Of a stretch of 64,000 nucleotides of DNA, positions 58,801 through 64,000 are shown in pieces. The notes beneath the pieces are model-generated. The model worked only from the letters and a program-made list of their open reading frames with translations, was not told the origin of the DNA and did not search any database. The stretch lies in assembly GCA_047638115.1 (NCBI GenBank), contig JBLJBB010000058.1, positions 29,830 to 93,829 of the forward strand. Reading direction: 5' to 3'. The position numbers and the translations under genes are program-made. This stretch comes from Bacteroidales bacterium. GTDB lineage: Bacteria; Bacteroidota; Bacteroidia; Bacteroidales; WCHB1-69. Position 1 is the stretch's first letter; each line of letters begins with the position of its first letter.

Positions 58801-61626
58801 TTAGTTTAATACTTCAGCTAAATATTGCCAAGTATATCCTTTCTGTTGTTTCACGATATCTTCAGGTGTTCCAATAGCTAATATTTCTCCACCATTTTTA
58901 CCCCCTTCTGGCCCTAAATCGATTACCCAATCTGCCATTTTAATGACATCCATGTTATGTTCGATAATGAGCACTGTATTTCCTCTTTCGACTAATAAAT
59001 TTAACACATCCATTAGTATGGCAATATCTTGAAAATGCAACCCTGTAGTTGGTTCATCTAAGATGTAGAAAGTATTTCCGGTATCTTTTTTAGAAAGCTC
59101 TTCAGCTAATTTCACTCTTTGCGCCTCACCTCCTGAAAGGGTAGTTGAGGGTTGTCCCAATCTAATGTATCCTAAACCAACTTCAGCAATAGTTTTTAAC
59201 TTTTGAACTATAAATGGAATATTCTCAAAAAATTCTATGGCTGTATCAATATCCATTTCCAAAACATCATAAATTGATTTTCCTTTGTATCTAATTTCCA
59301 ATGTTTCATCATTATACCTTTTCCCATTACATTTTTCACAAGTAACATATACATCAGGTAAGAAATTCATCTCAATAGCTTTAACACCACCTCCCTTACA
59401 CTCTTCACATCTCCCTCCAGTAACATTAAATGAAAATCTTCCTGGTTTATATCCTCTTATTTTTGATTCTGGAAGTTGTGCAAATAGTTTTCTAATCTCA
59501 TCAAATACACCTACGTAAGTAGCTGGGTTAGATCGTGGTGTTTTGCCTATCGGATGTTGATCAATCTCAATTACTTTATCTATATTGTCAATCCCAATAA
59601 TCTCTTGATAAGGTAATGGCGTTTTTTCAGCTCTAAAAAAATATTTATTCAGAATGGGATATAGAGTTTCATTAATTAATGTTGATTTTCCACTTCCTGA
59701 AACACCAGTTACACAAATCATTAATCCTAATGGGAATTCTACATTAAGATTTTTTAAATTATTTCCCGTTGCACCTTTCAAACTTAAGTATTTGCCATTA
59801 CAAACTCTTCTTTGAGTTGGGATTGTGATTTTTTTGGCTCCATTAAGATAGTCTGCAGTTAAAGTATGAGCATTCATCATCTCATCATAGCTCCCTGCAA
59901 AAACAATTTCACCACCATTTTCACCGGCTAATGGCCCAATATCTATAATGTAATCAGCAGCTTTCATCATATCAGCATCATGTTCTACAACAATTACTGA
60001 ATTTTCATTATCTTTTAAATTTTTTAAAGAGTTGATTAGCTTATGATTATCTCTTTGATGTAACCCGATACTTGGCTCATCTAATATGTATAAAACGTTT
60101 ACTAACTGAGAGCTTATTTGTGTTGCTAATCTTATTCTTTGAGCTTCTCCTCCAGAAAGTGATTTTGCTGGTCTATGTAGCGAAAGATATTGAATCCCAA
60201 CATCTGTTAAAAACTTTAACCTTGACTTTATCTCCCTAATAATCTCGTAACCAATGATTTGTTGTTGTTCACTTAATAATGAATGACAATTATTCATCCA
60301 AACAGACAAATCTGAAATATCCATTAGTGATAGATCCGCTATATTTTGATCCCCAATCTTAAAAAAAAGTGATTCTTTTTTCAACCTTGCTCCATTACAT
60401 TCTGGGCATACCAACTCATTGATAAATTGATTTACCCATTTTTTTATGGAAGCAGGTGCAGAGTCAAAATCAAAATTATTCATAAAGGTAACCACACCTT
60501 CAAAATATGCTTTGGAAGGGGATAATCCAGAAAATTCAGATTTTATGTAAATTGGATCAGCAGATCCATATAAAATAATATCAAGGTTTTGATCACTTAT
60601 TTCAGAAATTGGCTCATTTAATGAAAAACCAAACTTATCTGATAAAGCCGCTAATTGCTTAAAAATTGGGCTTGATTTTGCAGATCCAAGAGGAGCAATA
60701 CCCCCTGCATTAATCGATTTCGATTTATCTGGAATAATTTTATCTAAGTCAAGTTCAATAATATATCCTAAACCACTACATTTTGTACATGCTCCGTAAG
60801 GTGAGTTAAAAGAAAAAGTATTGGGTTCAGGTTCAGGATAAGATATTCCTGTAGTAGGGCACATTAATTGTTTACTGTAATTTTTTACAACTCCATTTTC
60901 AATATCAAAAACGGCTAAGGTGCCTTTCCCCTGTTTTAAAGCCAATCTTAAACTATTTACTAATCTTTGTTTGGAGTTCTCCTTAACTAAAATATTATCA
61001 ATTACCACTTCTATATCGTGAACCCGGTATCTGTCTAATTGAAGATTTAAATTCAGTTGTTTGATCTCCCCATCTACACGCACCCTAGTAAAACCTTGTT
61101 TTCTGATATTTTCAAATAATTCTTTGTAGTGTCCTTTTCTCCCTTTTACAAGGGGTGCTAAAATCAAAATACTTCTATCTGTATATTGAGTTGTAATTAT
61201 TTCAACGAGTTCTTTTTCATGATAACTGATCATTTTTTCTCCAGTTACGTAAGAGTAAGCTGTGGAAACTCGTGCAAAAAGAAGTCTTAAAAAGTCGTAA
61301 ACCTCAGTAATCGTTCCAACAGTAGAACGTGGGTTTTTATTCACTGTTTTTTGCTCTATGGAGATTACAGGATTTAATCCAGAAATTTTATCTACATCTG
61401 GATGTTCGATATTGCCGATAAATTGTCTTGCATAAGCTGAAAAGGTTTCCATATACCTTCTTTGCCCTTCGGCGTATATGGTATCAAAAGCTAATGAAGA
61501 TTTTCCACTACCACTTAAACCTGTAATAACCACAAGTTTTTGGTGTGGAATCTCGAGAGAAATATCTTTAAGATTATTCTCTCGAGCTCCAATTATTATA
61601 AGTTTATCCTCAGCAAATTCGTTCAT
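58801..61626 (-). CDS. uvrA: Excinuclease ABC subunit A
   Basis: Two ABC modules GLSGSGKSS / GVSGSGKST, LSGGEAQR twice, zinc fingers. Confidence 0.98.
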   Translation of the reverse strand: MNEFAEDKLIIIGARENNLKDISLEIPHQKLVVITGLSGSGKSSLAFDTIYAEGQRRYMETFSAYARQFIGNIEHPDVDKISGLNPVISIEQKTVNKNPRSTVGTITEVYDFLRLLFARVSTAYSYVTGEKMISYHEKELVEIITTQYTDRSILILAPLVKGRKGHYKELFENIRKQGFTRVRVDGEIKQLNLNLQLDRYRVHDIEVVIDNILVKENSKQRLVNSLRLALKQGKGTLAVFDIENGVVKNYSKQLMCPTTGISYPEPEPNTFSFNSPYGACTKCSGLGYIIELDLDKIIPDKSKSINAGGIAPLGSAKSSPIFKQLAALSDKFGFSLNEPISEISDQNLDIILYGSADPIYIKSEFSGLSPSKAYFEGVVTFMNNFDFDSAPASIKKWVNQFINELVCPECNGARLKKESLFFKIGDQNIADLSLMDISDLSVWMNNCHSLLSEQQQIIGYEIIREIKSRLKFLTDVGIQYLSLHRPAKSLSGGEAQRIRLATQISSQLVNVLYILDEPSIGLHQRDNHKLINSLKNLKDNENSVIVVEHDADMMKAADYIIDIGPLAGENGGEIVFAGSYDEMMNAHTLTADYLNGAKKITIPTQRRVCNGKYLSLKGATGNNLKNLNVEFPLGLMICVTGVSGSGKSTLINETLYPILNKYFFRAEKTPLPYQEIIGIDNIDKVIEIDQHPIGKTPRSNPATYVGVFDEIRKLFAQLPESKIRGYKPGRFSFNVTGGRCEECKGGGVKAIEMNFLPDVYVTCEKCNGKRYNDETLEIRYKGKSIYDVLEMDIDTAIEFFENIPFIVQKLKTIAEVGLGYIRLGQPSTTLSGGEAQRVKLAEELSKKDTGNTFYILDEPTTGLHFQDIAILMDVLNLLVERGNTVLIIEHNMDVIKMADWVIDLGPEGGKNGGEILAIGTPEDIVKQQKGYTWQYLAEVLN

Positions 61627-61639
61627 CCCTATTTGTTAT

Positions 61640-64000
61640 CTATAATGTGGCTTTTTCAATCACTTTCGCAATTGCTGCTTCCATCCCTTGTACATTTTTA
61701 CCTCCAGCAGTTGCTAAAGTGGGCTGCCCACCACCGCCCCCTTGAATCAAGGAAGAGGCCTCTCTAACTAACTGAGAAGCAGAAAAACCTTTTGCTGCTA
61801 AATCATCTGAAATGGCAACAATTAAATTAGGTTTCTCTCCATGTGTACTTCCAAAAACAACCAATAGATTTGAAAATTGATTTCTAATTCTATAAGCAGC
61901 TTGTTTCATGATCTCTGGTAATACATTTCCTTGATGTGAAATGATGTGAATTTCATTTACTAGTTTCACATTGGCTACCATCTCTTCTGCAAAATGTTGA
62001 ATTTTTTCTTGTTGAAACTCCTCAACCTCTTTTATTAAGCGATCTCTCTCCTCAGCCATTTTTTGAATTGCGGTCATGATATTCGGAGAACTAAAGAAAT
62101 TCTTCACCTCATCTACCAGTGCTAATTGTTCATTGATAAATTGTTCCGCTTGTTTCCCGGATATCGCTTCAATTCTTCTGATACCCGCAGCAATAGCCCC
62201 TTCAGATACAATTTTTATGTATCCAATGTTTCCTGTTGCAGCGGTATGTGTTCCTCCACAAAGCTCTATCGAATCTCCAAATTGGATCACTCGAACGGCA
62301 TCACCATATTTTTCTCCAAATAGCGCCATAGCTCCCATCCCTTTGGCCTCTTCAATAGGGATGTTTTCAAAAACAGAAACTGGAACATTATCTCTTACTA
62401 GTTGATTAACAATAGATTCCACTTCAGCTAGTTGTTCATTGGTTACTTTTGAAAAGTGAGAAAAGTCAAATCTAAATCTTTCAGAAGAAACATAAGAACC
62501 TTTTTGTTCCACATGGGTTCCTACCACTTTTCTCAATGCATAATGCAAAAGATGGGTAGCGGAGTGGTTATTTTGAGTAGCTATTCTATTCTCTTTGTTC
62601 ACTTTAGCCGTGAAAACAGTATTCAAATTATCAGGAAGTGTGGGGGCAATATGAACCGTTAAATTGTTCTCTTTTATGGTATTGGTGATCTCAATTTTCT
62701 CATTGATGCTCATCAAAAAGCCAGTATCTCCCACTTGTCCACCCGATTCAGCATAAAATGGGGTTTTGTCAAGAACCAATTGATAAAATTGTTTCCCTTT
62801 TGATTTCACGGAACGGTACTTCACAATTTTAGTTTCACTCTCTAACGAGTGGTAACCTACAAATTCAGTGGTTCCCATCTCTGGAATCAATTCCACCCAA
62901 TCCTCTGTTTCGATCGTTGCCGCAGCCCGAGATCTGCTCTTTTGCTCCTCTAATCCTTTTTGGAATCCTTCCATATCTACCGTTAGATTCTTTTCAGAAG
63001 CAATTAGCTGAGTTAAGTCGATAGGAAATCCGTATGTATCAAACAGTTCAAAAGCAAAAGGACCTTCAATAACGGTACCATTCAATTTTTGGCAATAGTT
63101 TTCAAATTTTTGAATTCCATAAGCTAAGGTTTTCAAGAATGAGTTTTCCTCTTCCTGAATCACTTTTTCGATGAGTTGTTGTTGTGATTTTAGCTCTGTA
63201 AACTGTTCTCCCATTTGAGCAGCCAACTCTTTTACTAAGCTACAAATAAATGGTTCATTAAATCCAAGGAACGTGTATCCGTAGCGGATCGCTCTTCTTA
63301 AGATTCGACGAATTACATAACCTGCTCCCGTATTTGAAGGAAGTTGACCATCAGCAATAGCAAAACTCACTGCTCTTAAGTGGTCAGCAATCACACGCAT
63401 AGCAATATTGATTGGTTCATCTATGCCATACTCTTTCTTAGATATTTGAGCAATTTTTTGAATCAAGGGTTGAAAAACATCGGTATCATAGTTTGATTTT
63501 TTACCTTGAACGGCCATACAAAGTCTTTCAAATCCCATCCCTGTATCCACATGACTAGCAGCCAGTTTTTGTAACTCTCCAGAAGCGAGTCTGTTGTATT
63601 GAATAAACACCAAATTCCAAATCTCAACCACCAAAGGGTTATCGTTATTCACGAGAAGTGCGCCCTCAACCTTTGCTCTCTCGGAGTCATCTCTTAAATC
63701 CACATGAATTTCAGAACAGGGACCACATGGACCACTATCCCCCATTTCCCAGAAGTTATCTTTTTTATTTCCGTAAAGAATTCTCTCTTTTGGTAAATAT
63801 TTTTCCCATAAGGCAAGCGCTTCAGCATCGAGTTCTGTTCCATCTTTTTTATCTCCCTCAAAAACGGTAGCATATAAGCGATTAGGATCTAATTTCATCT
63901 TTTGCGTAAGAAATTCCCAAGCCCAATCGATCGCTTCCTCTTTGAAATAGTTTCCAAACGACCAATTTCCAAGCATTTCAAACATGGTATGGTGATAGGT
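61640..64000 (-). CDS. alaS: Alanine--tRNA ligase, 5' end beyond the window
   Basis: HTMFEMLGNWSFG, DTGMGFER, FYAESGGQVGD, NHSATHLLH, ELCGGTH, GGGGG. Confidence 0.98.
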   Translation of the reverse strand, partial: TYHHTMFEMLGNWSFGNYFKEEAIDWAWEFLTQKMKLDPNRLYATVFEGDKKDGTELDAEALALWEKYLPKERILYGNKKDNFWEMGDSGPCGPCSEIHVDLRDDSERAKVEGALLVNNDNPLVVEIWNLVFIQYNRLASGELQKLAASHVDTGMGFERLCMAVQGKKSNYDTDVFQPLIQKIAQISKKEYGIDEPINIAMRVIADHLRAVSFAIADGQLPSNTGAGYVIRRILRRAIRYGYTFLGFNEPFICSLVKELAAQMGEQFTELKSQQQLIEKVIQEEENSFLKTLAYGIQKFENYCQKLNGTVIEGPFAFELFDTYGFPIDLTQLIASEKNLTVDMEGFQKGLEEQKSRSRAAATIETEDWVELIPEMGTTEFVGYHSLESETKIVKYRSVKSKGKQFYQLVLDKTPFYAESGGQVGDTGFLMSINEKIEITNTIKENNLTVHIAPTLPDNLNTVFTAKVNKENRIATQNNHSATHLLHYALRKVVGTHVEQKGSYVSSERFRFDFSHFSKVTNEQLAEVESIVNQLVRDNVPVSVFENIPIEEAKGMGAMALFGEKYGDAVRVIQFGDSIELCGGTHTAATGNIGYIKIVSEGAIAAGIRRIEAISGKQAEQFINEQLALVDEVKNFFSSPNIMTAIQKMAEERDRLIKEVEEFQQEKIQHFAEEMVANVKLVNEIHIISHQGNVLPEIMKQAAYRIRNQFSNLLVVFGSTHGEKPNLIVAISDDLAAKGFSASQLVREASSLIQGGGGGQPTLATAGGKNVQGMEAAIAKVIEKATL

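Noticed and set aside
2071-63870. Remaining 60-126 aa ORFs nested in or antisense to long genes
   Set aside because: Fully overlapped by well-supported CDS, with no motifs or promoter evidence

Overview
Low-GC chromosomal window from a Bacteroidota bacterium, most likely Bacteroidales. The assignment rests on TAnnTTTG -7 promoter boxes in front of most transcription units, T9SS cargo proteins, and the porG-uppS-bamA-ompH and tRNA-Ser-exbB-hyp-exbD-exbD gene orders. It holds about 57 CDS, mostly housekeeping (translation, RNA metabolism, DNA repair, envelope, nucleotide metabolism), and two tRNAs (Arg-ACG, Ser-GGA). No CRISPR array, transposase, integrase or prophage was found. Main leads: (1) a peptidoglycan operon with two hydrolase pairs in which the second member appears catalytically degenerate (GH73 plus pseudo-GH73, M23 plus an M23 lacking a catalytic His); (2) a ~450 bp gene-free stack of at least seven different short-period repeat modules upstream of a Clostridia-like pyrC; (3) a heptamer-repeat hairpin that looks like an intrinsic terminator inside a cluster of three T9SS-secreted proteins; (4) a structured RNA candidate between rpmI and rplT; (5) a Rho lacking its N-terminal helix bundle; (6) an ExbB/D accessory protein with an internally duplicated periplasmic domain. 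All homology calls come from motif recognition by eye, not database searches.
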